Shown here: positions 1 through 13,000 of the stretch, piece after piece
How the letters are laid out: every line of letters begins with the position of its first letter
Numbering within the stretch: the first letter of the stretch is position 1
DNA from: Chrysomallon squamiferum
Lineage: Eukaryota; Animalia; Mollusca
Assembly (NCBI GenBank): GCA_012295275.1
Contig: CM022679.1
Span: 11,470,001 to 11,534,000 of the forward strand
DNA length: 64,000 nucleotides
Direction: 5' to 3'
Program-made: the position numbers and the translations under genes
Notes under the pieces: model-generated
The model's input: the letters and a program-made list of their open reading frames with translations, nothing else
Told to the model about the DNA's origin: nothing
Databases searched by the model: none

Positions 1-357
1 ATTTAAATAGTTCAACATAAATGAACATAATCAATTAAATTTACACTTGCCTATACTAACAATACAGGTATCAAACCATTTATTTGGCATTTGAACTGAT
101 GCATACAACCTGGAAACCAAATCAAAGCTGCCAATGTGAAAACTACAGCAGCACCTGTAAAGCTGTTTGACAGTTTGTCAAATTCAAAAGTAGGCTAAGT
201 AGCCAGATTCAAAAATATTTTTTATTTTTTTATTTTCAAGATTTCTGAAAGCTGGATAAATAACTGTTAAACATAAATGTCTCCCAAACCAATATTTGTA
301 AAAATGTTCAGGCTCTGATTGAAATAATTATTATACTACAAACATAAAAAGTCTTAC

Positions 358-695
358 CATCATCATCAGAATCCACAATTACTGTAAAATTCTTAAAGTC
401 TATGTCCTGTTGCTTCCTTCTGATAATTTCATTTGATTTATGTACTCCAGTCACATATCCTTCTAAACTTTGGGTATATTCTGCTGTAGCTGTCTCTAAT
501 ATACTGCTTTGATCAAGTATAAAATTTGTACATTGTTGGAGCAGGACCTGAGAGTCAGACATATCTAGTCTCTCAGTTTCAAAGCCCACAACAGCTTCAA
601 CTGCATATTGATCATGATATGGAAAAATCTGCTTAAGTTGATCAACTACCCATTTTTGTGAATTTGTAAATGTTTCGAACATTCCAAAATATTCT
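358..695 (-). CDS. Internal coding exon of an uncharacterised gene running off the left edge; CUE/UBA-like ubiquitin-binding motif
   Basis: Open frame EYFGMFETF...IVDSDDD lies between a polypyrimidine+AG acceptor (696-697) and a GTAAGA donor (352-357). VDQLKQIFPYHDQYAVEAVV...VLLQQCTNFILD resembles the CUE consensus (QLxxMFP...AV...xxNxLL). Other exons were not resolved. Confidence 0.6.
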
Positions 696-1389
696 CTGAA
701 AGAAAAAAAGAGAGAAAAAATATTAAGCAATATTAAATTATTTTCTGTGCAAAGTATATAAAAATGTTGGCTTCTCTTCTGATAAAATTATAATATATAT
801 ATATATATTAATGAAATCTAAGCTTTTAACTGATAATGGTTTCATTGTAATAACACAACAAATAAATCACATTATTTTACCACTTCCATGTTACTATTTA
901 TAGTTACTACAGACAAATCAACAAATAAACATATACATTTTTTTTTAAGTATATATATCTACAGAAAAATTAAACATATTCGAAATGTTTACTTTACCAT
1001 TTCACTATCCTCTCTTAAATGAATCTTTTGTTAACAGTACTGTTCTGGTAAGACAACAGAGTTTAAATGTGTTTTGCATATCATCAAGTTACATTTTATT
1101 TAATTTTGCAATATCACAGAATAATATTAAAAATCAAAAAAATCTGAGTCTGCCATTTTTCTATTGTGACAACATAGTTTGCATGGGAGATTAATTTATT
1201 CTAACATTTCTGCTAGTAACACCAGAAACATATATATTTACTGGGTATTTTCCTTGTTATATTGAAAAGTTTGGTCCAAAAAGAAATTCATTCGCCATTG
1301 TATGTCATTTATTAATGTATATTATTATATGAAGTATATTACATAGAGAAAAAATAAATTCTGTAAAGTTAATTGCATTAAGTTTATAT

Positions 1390-1391
<2 letters not shown>

Positions 1392-1431
<40 letters not shown>
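1392..1431. repeat. (GT)n microsatellite
   Basis: Perfect GT run seen directly. Confidence 0.95.
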
Positions 1432-1432
<1 letters not shown>

Positions 1433-1499
1433 TATAAATTATAATTATCGCAATCATTTAAATTATTCTTCTTCGTATCATCTGAATGGAATAAACTAA

Positions 1500-3000
1500 T
1501 GCATATACAGGTGTATACTTATAAGGATTCCAACCGTTTATCTGGTTATTATAGCTGTCTAACGTGTTACTTTCAATTTCGGAACTCTGGTATGTTACCT
1601 CAATACCTGGGACACACTGAACCGTGAATAGTGAACCCAGCTTCCCGAACTTTCCAAGGTGTCGGCATATTCATATTAAATAATACAAAAATTATTAAAA
1701 AGCGAAAAAGAGCATCATTATATGTGCTCAAAGGAAATTACCTCAGCGAAGTCATCATTTTTGGCGATCAGTCTGCTATACAGTATACTACTTGCGCTTT
1801 TATATTTAAAACACATACTACCATATTTGTTTTTGTTTCTGTGGTACGATGAGCCAATCAAACCTGAGGGTCACATGTTCTATAAGTTAATATTTTTTAT
1901 TTGATTTGATTTATTATTTTAAATAATGTAAATACATAATTATTCAAAAAAGAAAGTGAAACAATGTTTCCACTGTGGTCCTGAGGAAAATGATCACGGA
2001 TATATATGGCAGGTGGTGGAGTAGACAAAACTGAATGGATATGGCAAACAGTAACAAAATTCATATATTATACCAGGTTAAAAACGAAGGCAAGAACATG
2101 CTTTTAGTCATTAAAATGGCCTAAAAAATGTGTTATAAGCCTTTTTTTATTTTGAAGAATGGTCATTAAACATTTAATTTCAGTTAGTAATTAATTCCTG
2201 CATAATTACCTCTTTTTTTTCTTTTTTCTTTTCTTTTTTTTTTTCAAAAAGATTTACTTGAGGTATCTGAAGAGACCTTGTACTAGATCTTGTATTAACA
2301 TTATGATGGGATATAGATAATCTGAATTTATGTAATCTGGTGCAATACCGTTTGAACAATTATGGAGTTGCTTCAGTCTGAGTTGTTTGGCAACATGTTT
2401 ACAAATTTAATTTGCCCCAGTATGTGTCCGAAGGGTGTCTTCAAATGAAATCCAACATTTCTATTTATTTATTTTTAGTACCCTGTTGCCTATATTTTTA
2501 TTTCTTGGTCATTCCACACTATGATGATGAGTTAGTAATGTAAAAATTGTATAGTATTCAATGCATAATACATGTTTATTATTGAATAACCAAGAAAAAG
2601 GAAGAAAATGTGAAATGCTGTGGGAGCCATAAATGTCTCATTTAACATTGTATAACTATCCTTAACCGATACAAACGGTGCTCCAGTTAAAAGGACAGTT
2701 GTACGGAGGCCAGCAGGAAATAATAGGAAGCACAGTTTGGGAGAAGAAAAATGCTTCGCCAAGAAAAAGAAAATTATTATGATACTCGCAAGGCACGTTT
2801 TCTGTTTCACAGCATGTCGTTGTACATGTCAAACCATTTTGTATTTTAGCTGAGTATGTAAATATTGAACGCGGTTTTGCCCAATGATATTAAAACTACT
2901 AATGCAAGTCGGCTGACGGCTCTTCGCCTGCACTGACAAAGTGACATCAAGTCACTTCGATTATGGTTATGGTGAAGAATCAAGAAGCCTTAAATTTGTC
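1500..3000. promoter_or_regulatory. Probable divergent promoter region between the minus-strand gene and STK31
   Basis: The two genes are head-to-head. CpG-containing higher-complexity patches occur at ~1530-1870 and ~2640-2990. Minus-strand donor-like sites (GAG|GTAA) occur near 1599 and 1741. Confidence 0.4.
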
Positions 3001-3741
3001 CAACTATATTAAAACATTTGATTTTTTTTTTTTTATAAATAATAATAATAATTAAAATTGTTTCATTTTTCATTACAAAAAGAAATGTCCCTGAATTCCC
3101 TCCCATAAAAATGTATTATTTTGATGTAATTGACTTTTAATTTTTATTCAGTAATTGTTGACATATAAATCTTGTTATTCAAAGCACTAGTTTATAAATC
3201 CACACTACTAGTCTACTGTATATTTACTTTTCAGTTTTTAAAATTGTTGTAATTCTTCTGCACAATGTGACAATTTTCCAGCAGTCTCAGTCATTTTTAT
3301 TAAATTTTATTTTAAATATTTCCTGACTTTAAATTTTTTTTCTCTTTTTATTAACTGAATTAAGTAGGTGCTTTGATGTAAATTTATATGTAAATAATGT
3401 ACCAGTGTTTTAAATACATTTCATTTCATTGTGTAAAAACTTGGAACAAACTCACTGACTCAGCTCATTATAGTTTTCATTTTCTAACAAAGTAAGCAAA
3501 ACATTTGCTACACAGAATAAATCATTTCACAGTGTTGTTTTTCTCTTCTACGTGTGGTGTTTTTGACATAAATGTTTCAGAAATGATATATAATATAAAT
3601 AAAATAAAGTGTAAAATTTCAACAAGTTATTATGTGCATGTCTCATTTTGTGTGTGATCTGTTGCCACAAACAGAAAATAACATTTACATGGAAGTAAAC
3701 TAAATGTTTTTAATTAAAAAAACAAAAATTTTGTTCTACAG

Positions 3742-3984
3742 GAGAATGGAATGGTCACACATGTGGAAACTGCTGTCACAGTCTGGGTGCAGATAGTACA
3801 TGAAAATACAATGAATGATCTGATGTCTTTAAGTCAACAGCTTGCCACTCTCTGTCCTGCAGCAAGTAAAATTTCAGAGAATCCTGACACTAGCAAGGTT
3901 GTTTGAAATTCTGTTAACCAAATTAAAAATCACTGTATATATCAATTTAGAACACACACATATATATCTATATCTATATATCTA

Positions 3985-4055
<71 letters not shown>

Positions 4056-7000
4056 AGATATATATAATGTATTGTTCCCATGAAATGGAGAGTTATCTAA
4101 CAAAACAGATCCAAGAAATTAATTTAGATCATAGTGAAAATGTGCTAAAATATTTCAAAAATTCATCATACCCAGACTGAGATACAAACAGAACATTGAA
4201 TGCTATTTCACAAGCACTTTTTGTTTAACAGTAAGGAAGTTACCAGATTTCTGTATGAGTTAGTGTTTTTTTTGTAACTCTTTAAACAAATAAATGATTA
4301 AATCCTAGATAATTTGTAATTCAGTTTGAATTTAAAGACATTTAAATTAAAGCTGTAAATAATAAACTAAAATGACTGATGTTTGCTAATGTCTTATTAA
4401 TAACAATTTAATGATAATAGTGTTATGTGTAAATCTAACATGTTGGTGGTAATCTCAAAATTCTTTCATTTTCAGTTCTATGCAACTAAATTTTCACAGG
4501 ATGGTATTTGGTATCGTTGCCAAATCAAACAGCAACTGAGTCCTACAAGGGTACAGTTACATTTAACTTGTTAAGTAATGCATTTTTTGTGTGGATAAAA
4601 TGCTTTTTTTTAAGCCTAGATAAAAGATAAATTGTGGTATCATGTTTTATGCTCTATCATCTATGATACTCTGAGAAAAGTTTCTAAAAACTAATCTTAT
4701 AGTTGATCTTATTCTATTAACTTTTTTCCAGCAAGAATATTGGATACATATTACATTATTAATATATTTTGTTACAAAGTATTTAAAAAAAACATGCACA
4801 GGTTTTAGGAATCTGATTTTTTTTATTTTCAGTTTCACTTAAAATAAAGGATAAACATAATACTGATGCTGTTTTGAATAATGAGAAAAGATTACTGTTT
4901 AATTTTTGTATATTTTTTAATTAAAAACCCCCAAGCAATATGACTATGATATGTCTTCAGATCAGAGTACACTATGTGGATTATGGAAATACAGAAGAAA
5001 CTGATCTAAATGCCCTTGTTGAGATGCCTGCTACACTTTCCAGTGTGAAACCATTTGCAAAAAAATTTGTACTTAACAATATCAGACCTACCAAAGGTCT
5101 TCATGACAGAACGGTTAGTGGAGGCATGAAATAGTAAATAATAATTTTTAATATTTGTGATTATCATTAATGTTTTGTTGTTAATATATGAGCAGAGGAT
5201 CTAAATAGCTGCATATCAGTTAATGTTACAATTTACATTTCATAGAAAACTCTTTTTGCTCACATACTTAAATTTAAAAAAATATAATAATAATAAAGTT
5301 TTAATCACTCAGTTAAGCTTGGAAAGCAGCTATTTTTCATTTTCTGATTACTTACCATTTGGAATAGTGTTAATTTTCATATGATTATTTGTAGTGTAAG
5401 TAAAATAAAATATTAATATTTATCTTGAGATTCCTAAGTATTTGTTATGCTGTATTGTAACAGTGCCATTCATCTTTTCCTTTTTCAAAATATTACAGAC
5501 CATTAATTTTTTGCAAACAATTACTGATGGAAAGTACCTGACATGCATCACCAAATATCCACTGAAGGACAAAACTGGATTCTATGCAGAACTGTATGAT
5601 GATTCAGAAAGCATTAGTGATAAACTTATTTCTGAAGGCCTGGCAACAGTGCGTCTGTCTAACATCAAACCAAGTAAATCAGATTAATAAATATCAGTAG
5701 TTGTGATTCTTTTAAAAGTCAGTGTTTTATCAAAATAGTGTAAGTAGTTGTCATAACAAACAGCTGAGAGAGGTTAAGAAAGAGTTTTTTCTACCATAAA
5801 AATTAAGCATAAATGAGTGATATAATCACTTTTATTTAGATTTATTTTTAGTGGCCCTTCTCCCAGGTAGTTTAAAAGTTATAATATTTAAGTTATTTGT
5901 TTTCATGAACTTGAGTATATGTTAATCATGAGCTTTCATCCAGTACTCCACCAAGCATGGCCATTATTTGCAATGAAAGTTTTTGTTAATAATGACATTT
6001 GGTAATAAACTGAGATAAATCAAAACAAAATTTTATGTTATTTTTGTATACTTAGTTCCAGATGTAGGAGCTGGTGATGCCTCCCGTTATGGTATGGGAA
6101 TTGCCAGAGATTTCACTGCATTTGGAGGAAGTTCTAGGAAAGAGTCAGAACCAATAAGGCAGGTTTATGATGACAGTTCTAACCTGATTGTTAAAGTGAA
6201 AAGGTAGATTTTATATTTTCAAAATATTGGGTTATAAGCCTATCTTTTTCTGCTTCATTTCTTTCCGGTTGCTGGTTTGTATGCAAACAAATTGTAAATA
6301 ATAAAATACCCACAAGAAAGTATACATACATGTATACAATCTGTATTTTGCCTGTTTTGAATTGTTTATAATAATTAATATGAGTATCTGTCCAGAGTGA
6401 GTTGTGTTTACCTAAAAATTTAGATTTAAATAAAAAGAAAAATTGATAAATAAATGATCTTGCTTCTATCTAAATACTGGCACAGATAACTGATTAGTAA
6501 TATGGGCAAATGGGAGCATTTTAGATACCTGCTATCTGTTAATTTGGAGCCTGCAACCAGTGCTTTAATTCTTGCATATTTCTTTTTAAAAAATTGCATT
6601 ATATTGATTTTAATGCTTTCTCTTATCTTTATCTATTAATTTGTTTTCTCTTATCTACCAATTATTTAAAATAAACATCTCTATTATTTAAAATAATTTT
6701 TGATGATATTGCATTAAATTCATTCTGTTTTATAAATTGAATTATAGATTTAAAAGTACAATCATAAATTAATTACAGTAGTGATATAGTCTATGACTTT
6801 TGCTTTGAAAGTAACGTGTGAAAAAGCTATGTATATATTTTACTGTAACATATAGAAATTTACTAAAATAATATTTTTGAATTTTTCATAAGAGAAAAAA
6901 AAATTAAAATGTTTAACAATGCATTTTAATAAAAAATACAAATTTTTTTTTATTTTTTTTAGCAACAAAATTCCAAATATGGTAAATGGTGGAAATTTAG

Positions 7001-10000
7001 ATGTGAAACACAAGCGGCAGCTGGATCGAATAACAGCAGAGAGAGAACAGCTTTCAGCTGAATTAGCTAACATAAAAGACAGAATGAATGTGTGTATTTT
7101 TTATAATTAATATTATAATGATAATAAAAATCATTAAGTTAAGTAATTAATGGATTTGGAATATATTATACAGATTGGTTAGAAAGTTACGAATAATAAT
7201 TTGATTTACATTTACTTAATCTTATTTATTACATTAGTTTTTCTGTATTTCTGAATTAATATCATAAAACTTGAAACTTAATAAATGTTTTTGTAAAATT
7301 CTGTATTTAGTTTTCAGTGTATTACCAAAATGAACACAAAATTTTGTGATAGGATAGTCTTTCAACATGCCAAAAACTTGATTATTTTCTATATTCTCAG
7401 CACCATGAAATCAGAAGTATAAGTTTTTGCATTTTAGCTTTACATACTGAATTTTATTTATTTATTTATGTTTTTATTATTTTTTAATTTTTTTAATTTT
7501 TTTATTTGTTTTGTAATTGTTGCAGACTTTACAGAATGAATACACTAACATGTCTGCCAGAGCTAACAAAGCCACATTGGCAGACCACATCAGTTCAGCT
7601 CTAGTCCTTGCTGCAAAAGTCAAACATCTCAGGTTCGTTTTATTTTTAAAAATTCAGTTATACATCTGAAAACATTTGATTCACTTATCTATTAAAAGTA
7701 CTCATTTATTTTAACTAGTCACAACTGTAGATGTATATGACAAGTTCATCCTGCTCCCAGTAATTAAATTAAATTTCATGGTCAGTGAAAATGCACATAA
7801 TGTTGGCAAGTTAAGTATACATTTTTTATATTTAGAAGAGTGAAATGTATATTTTTTTGAGTATTTAGTCCTCTGGCCATAATTGGTTAAGCATAATTAT
7901 TATAACATTTAAGCAAAGATTTGGTGAATACATCGTTAGTAATAGCGATTACTTGTGCTAAACTGTTTATATCCATCATTATCACAACAGAAAACTATAA
8001 CATCAAGCCCAGCATTTTAAATGCATATGTATGTAATACTTTCAGAAAACAGTTTCCTGTGGACAGATCAGCTCTTGATGAAGGAATTGATCTGTGTAAC
8101 AGCAGTGACAGAATTAGTAATGCCTCTGTGAAGTCTTTGGCTGCTGTAGGGTCTGCTGTTTCGGTATACCGTGCTGCAATGAAAGAGATCTGCATGTGTA
8201 AAAACATTGTACGTTTTAATTCTTGAGTGTCTGGGTCATTCAGAGTATCACTTGAAATGTATATATTTTAGAAATATGTGATCTGTCAGTGTTTTCAGTG
8301 TATAAAGTAATAATTCATACTGAAATTTGATGTTGATCAAAAGAAAAAAATAACTAAGTTCATTATTGATGTGTTCATTTTAATGTAAAATGTTAATGTG
8401 AATCTACCCATAAAAAAATAGGAATTGAAGGTGGTTGTTTTTTAAAGGAAGAGCTACAAGAAATGGTTGAAGCGAGAGATGCTGCAAGAAAAGACTTGTA
8501 TGAACAAATAAACACTTGTATTGAGGAAGTTGAAAATGTGCCTCTGCAAGAGAGAATTCAGACTGTGCAGGTAAAGCAGATTTGTGTTCAGATGGATTTT
8601 TTTATTTTTGTTGAATAGTAATATATCTGAGAACATGTACTTTTTAACTAATTATTATGGACCATCCAGTACCCTTTAACACCACACTATATACTTTTCT
8701 TCTGATAGAAGGCTATAAACTTTATCTTGTTCCTATAGGATATGAAAATGACAAAAGTAGTGTTCATTACAGACTTTACAGGTTACTTAAAACTGTATTT
8801 GTCCATTTATCTCTTAAACATTAATTTTCAGACATTGTTAATATACCTGGGATTCATTTATCTTATCAGTTGACAATACAACATTGTTAGTTCATTACTG
8901 TTTTGATTTCATGGATTATTTTGATTCCAGTAAATCAGTGTTGGTTTTGTCAAAATAATCATTACTTTTTATGTCAATGTCCTTAATAAAATCTGTCTTT
9001 GAAAGTTTGTATAAAGTAATGAGAAGATTGGATTTTATTTTTACAGAAAACTGTTGTTCTTCTGAAGAAAGATTTTATCCCGTTTTTCCAGTTTGTTGTT
9101 CATGAAATCCCACTGTTAGAAAATATGATACCATCCTATCAACAGTGGAGGGTAAGCCTAATTTAAATATTGACAAAAAGGCATTGTATACAGTAATGAT
9201 TTCAACCTGTTTCTGATATAAAAAAAACCCACTACATAATGATGAATTGTGTTAAAATTTATTCTTGCTTGTTTGATGCTAATTGTTTTTTCGTTATTAT
9301 GAATGCTATGTCTATAAATTACAGAGTAACTGGACTTTATTACATTTGAATATAATTGTATTTTTATAAAAGTTAGGTTTTTTTTAGTTTACAATATTAT
9401 GGATGGATCTAAATATTTTAAAATCTTAATTTTTTCATATATCTGGTCCATTTTATTCTATTTATTTGCTTGCATAATTTTTCTTTATTCTCATATGTTT
9501 TAATTATGACAGGAAGTGTATACATACATAATTTAGTCATTTGTATTATATTCCCCATAGGAAACCAAGATTGCACAATTTTCTGAGGCTAGGGAATGTA
9601 CAAACAAGAGTCGAGATGAAGTTTTACTTGCCTTTAATAATATACAGAATGTGAGTATTTCAGTTTTGTTTCTATTTATACAAAATCCAACATTTTCAAC
9701 AAACCATGCTATTCCCTCCAACCAGTGCCTACTGTTAGAAGCATTAAATTATATATTAAACAGCATTTGTGTAGATACCAAATTCATGAAAAGTTTTGAT
9801 TATTAAGCCCAAAATATAAAGAAAATAGGATTGGAAAAAGATGCAACAAAAATACATTTTTATTCTTAAATCTATGAAAAAGATAAACCAGAAATATGAA
9901 CTGATGATTTCTGGTATTTTTATTAATTGATTATATTTGTTTTTGCAGCAATTGTCTCTGACAGATGATGACAGCCGAGGACAGTTTGATCTGGAGGCCT

Positions 10001-13000
10001 TGTTAGGTAACTACATAAAGGCACTGCAGAATGAAATATCATTAACAGACATGGTAAGTCCAACATGGTTTTTTCATACAATCAGTTTAATATAGTTTGT
10101 CTTTTCTTCTATATCTGTTGTTATATCAAATGACATTGTTTTGATGGCACATTTATAGTGTTAAATTATTAAGAAAAGTAGACTGAAAGATTTTTTTTTC
10201 AGTGTGTAATTTTTTGAAATTTTCATTTATTTAAAAAAAAATGCATAATTTTTGTATTTTTAATTTTTAATTTTTTAATTTTTTAATTTTTTAATTTTAT
10301 TATTTTATTATTTTTAAATTTATTATTTTTTAATAGGCTTTAATTATAATTTTAAATTTTGGTTTTTAAAACTGCACAGGAACATGGTCATGATTCAGGT
10401 TTTTTGGCATCCATGGTCCAAGCTTTAGAAAAAGACCTGCAATCAGAAATATCAAATATAGAAAGTTTACAGAAACTTACAATAGATTTCATGCAACTGA
10501 AATCAGAAATTGAACCATGGCTTCAGACCTATCCAAATGTTAGTGAATTGCAGGATATTCGTAAGACACTGCGAGGCTTGAGATCAAAATTGAGGCATCG
10601 ACTAGCTGATAAAGAGGATGTTGAAGAGGTAATTATTTTTAAATTAGTTAACATATAAAGATTTGAAAATAATAATTCCTGATCATCTTTTCTCCTTCCT
10701 TTTCTATTTTATTATGCAGTTCTAGATTTGTACTGTATCTCTCAGACAATTAGGTAATTGCTATACCTCTAAGAATGATGCATTCAGTAGCTGAAAATTT
10801 GTGTTTTGTTATAATTCTGATATTGTTTACTGGAAAGAAAATGCATGTAAATATTTTCAGTTAACCAATAAAATGAAAGTACTTTTTACGTTTGTGATTT
10901 GTTTTTTCTTTTACAGATTACTTCTTGATGTTAAAAAGAAATGTCTCTAATAATTTAATGTTTTTATTTAACAGAATGAATCTGATGGGTCTGCCCTGGC
11001 AGAAATTGTAGAGGATATAGCCAGAATACGTGATGAAATCCATCAGGCACTGACTAAAGAAGATAACATGCTGGTGAGTTCTGATCTCAGCTAGGAATCC
11101 TTTAATCTGTGTACGTTGGTAATAACATGTAATTTATGGATAAACATTGAACCAAACATTTTATTTTGTTTATAAGGCAAAAATAGAAATAAAAAAAAAG
11201 AAGATGAAGAATGGATTGGATGTTGTTTTAGAATATATGGTTCATAGTTAATTATGTCAGTTAAATAAATTAATTTATTCTTCTTTTTTTTTTCAGTGCA
11301 ATTTATCCAAGTTAGCAGATCAGCACTTCCCAGAACTGCTTACCAGACATCCTGATCTTGGGATGGATGTTTACCTGGTTTGTTTTAAAAGATGTTTGAA
11401 ATTCCCTGTATTCCCTGAGCCATTATTCAATATTTTGAAAATAACAGAATGTAAATGTCCCAACTGCACTGAAATAATTGTAGGTAATTTTCCACCATTG
11501 TAATTCATATGAGATTTTAAAAGAATACATCACATCATATTGTAGTGACATGATGAAAATACTGAATTTGGGTATATTTTATAATTAAAATAAATAAATT
11601 CTAAAACCTCTGACACTTAACTTGATAAACAATCTTTCTCTTTCAGACATACTCTGGACTGGTGAAAGCTAACTATGAATTAGACCACTTTGAAATGACT
11701 CCAGTCTCTTGTGATCTGTTCAAATCATTGTTTGCAGGAGAATCAGTTTTTATTAGGGTTTGTTCATAATCAGTTTCCTTTTTAAAAACCCATAGGAAAA
11801 TTCAGGTAAAAAAATGTAAATAAATACAAATAATTACATCAGACATTGTATTAATTTAAGGACATTTTATCTGTGATATGTTTGTTTTTTTGACAGCAAA
11901 ATAGAATCAAATAAACTTTTTTTTAATTTTAATTTTATATGTATATGTGTGTTTTTTGTTTTTTAATTTTCAGGAATACTTGCTGTCAGATGCGGATCAT
12001 GTTGATAAAGGTGAATTTCTGAGTCAGGTTGTGAACTATTCAAAATTATCTCAACAAAACTTAACCACAGTAAAAGCCATCTTCTTTGACAAGGTAATAT
12101 CTTACACATTATATGTGTATTTTAAAATATCTTAAGAAATATTTATTTTCTATGATATTTTAAAGAATAAGTAAGAATATATATATATGTGAGGTATTAA
12201 GATCAGTTTCCAGTTAAGAATAAAATATTTTTGGTCACAAATGTATATATTAATGAAAACACTTGGAATTTGTAAAAGTAATTAAGTGTGCTACAGTTTA
12301 GTTACGGGTTTTTTTCCCCAAAATCCTTGGTGACCCATTATGTATATATTAAAGGCTGTGGTATTTACCTTCTTGTGTACAGGAAAATCATATCTTGCTA
12401 ATAATAAGAATACTGGAGGGATGGTGAAAGATAACCATAATCTGGACACTTGGTAGCCATTGGCTAAATATTATATTTATTCATTTATTACAATATATTT
12501 TCAGGCTGCTAGACATGCATATGTGATGTTTCCTAAAACAGGAGAAATGCTTTCTACCTTTGTAGAGAATGGACAGAAACCATCCGAAAAGGTATATGTT
12601 CAATTTTAAAAAAAAAAATTAAAATTATTGTCAATGAAAATATCAGTTCATTAATACTATCATGCCATGTTTTTATTACATCACGAATAATTCTTTTTCG
12701 ACCAGTATATGAAGATAGTTCATTATTTTTGTTGTTGCTGTTGCTGCTGTTATATTTATGTTTTTGTAGAAATGACAATGTGCCATTCTGTTCCAGACTG
12801 CTCAAGAAATTTGTTTCAATGTAGCTCCTGCATTGTTAAAGCTACACAGAGAGAATATTATTCATGGTGAAGTGACACCACAAAATATTGTCATCGCAGA
12901 AGACAACAGCTGTATATTGCTAATGCCTGATTTCTCTCGAAAAACAGTATGTTTTATCTTAAACTTAATAATTATGGGATAGAGTCTAAGAGATACATGT

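Noticed and set aside
11545-11620. C/D box snoRNA (ATGATGA...CTGA) in an STK31 intron
   Set aside because: The terminal stem is out of register, the interior is AT-only with no evident guide, and it is too close to the 3' splice site.
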